From positions 624 through 64,623 of the forward strand of contig JAPLFL010000070.1 of NCBI GenBank assembly GCA_026390695.1: a stretch of 64,000 nucleotides of DNA, written 5' to 3'. This DNA is from Candidatus Kapaibacterium sp. Its GTDB lineage: Bacteria > Bacteroidota > Ignavibacteria > Kapaibacteriales > UBA2268. Below the pieces are notes generated by a model. The model saw nothing but the letters and a program-made list of their open reading frames with translations. It was not told the origin of the DNA and did not search any database. The first letter of the stretch is position 1. Every line of letters starts with the position of its first letter. Made by a program: the position numbers and the translations under genes. Shown one piece after another: positions 63,474-64,000 of this stretch.

Positions 63474-63680
63474 ATTGCGATAAATATGATTAATAAAGGA
63501 ATGTAAATTAAGAAAAAAATTAGTATTAAATGTGAGAATCAGTAGTAATCCTTATTTTAAAGAGTAAATTATTGTTACTAATTATCAAATTACTATAAAT
63601 TAATTTATTTAACTGATTTTCCCATAAAATTTGTTATTTTTGTTTTGGTGTAATTTGAAATATATTGTACAGGATTAAAT

Positions 63681-64000
63681 ATGGCAAGTTTTTCTGATGC
63701 CGAAGGATTGATAGATAAAGCCGATGCTCAGGTTAAGCTTGGTAATAACGATCAAGCCATCAAGCTCTATACCCAAGCTTTGGAGGCTAATCCCAGAGCT
63801 GCATTCGCTTTCTTCAAAAGAGGGAATGTTTATGTGAGTTTAAATAAACTTCGCGATGCTCTCAACGATTACAATTCTGCTATGATGCTTGATCCGAATT
63901 TTGCTTTTGCATATTTCAAACGAGGAAGTATATATCTGGATTTGAGACAATTTCAAAGTTCCATTGAAGACCTCAATAATGCCATTCAACTCAATCCTGA
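63681..64000 (+). CDS. TPR repeat protein, 5' part only (runs off the window edge)
   Basis: Manual translation MASFSDAEGLIDKADAQVKLGNNDQAIKLYTQALEANPRAAFAFFKRGNVY...ALNDYNSAMMLDPNFAFAYFKRG; 34-aa repeats. Confidence 0.9.
   Translation, partial: MASFSDAEGLIDKADAQVKLGNNDQAIKLYTQALEANPRAAFAFFKRGNVYVSLNKLRDALNDYNSAMMLDPNFAFAYFKRGSIYLDLRQFQSSIEDLNNAIQLNP

Overview
AT-rich bacterial chromosomal segment with about 55 CDSs. No rRNA, tRNA, CRISPR array, transposase, integrase or phage gene was recognised. T9SS-type C-terminal sorting domains, TAnnTTTG promoter boxes and partial Shine-Dalgarno use point to the FCB group, most likely an Ignavibacteria/Kapabacteria-like organism (inference). Housekeeping genes include acs, rpmA, rplU, clpX, clpP, clpC, trmH, an isolated nuoD, thiN, surE, holA, mrdA, pdxB, a glmM-like mutase, nnr and a polyprenyl synthase. 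The window also holds scattered envelope-glycan genes, three secreted T9SS-type proteins and three signalling modules. The best leads are: (1) an ECF sigma / dual-membrane-spanning anti-sigma / Ig-fold lipoprotein operon; (2) a multi-stem, possibly pseudoknotted leader upstream of an NlpC/P60 hydrolase; (3) a 109-aa poly-D/E protein with periodic tryptophans upstream of clpPX; (4) a 121-bp MITE family with TTA target duplications that carries dRS3/REP-like palindromes and is itself invaded by a second element end; (5) a PNGase F-like enzyme split by a LamG-containing insert. All calls come from reading motifs by eye; no searches were run.
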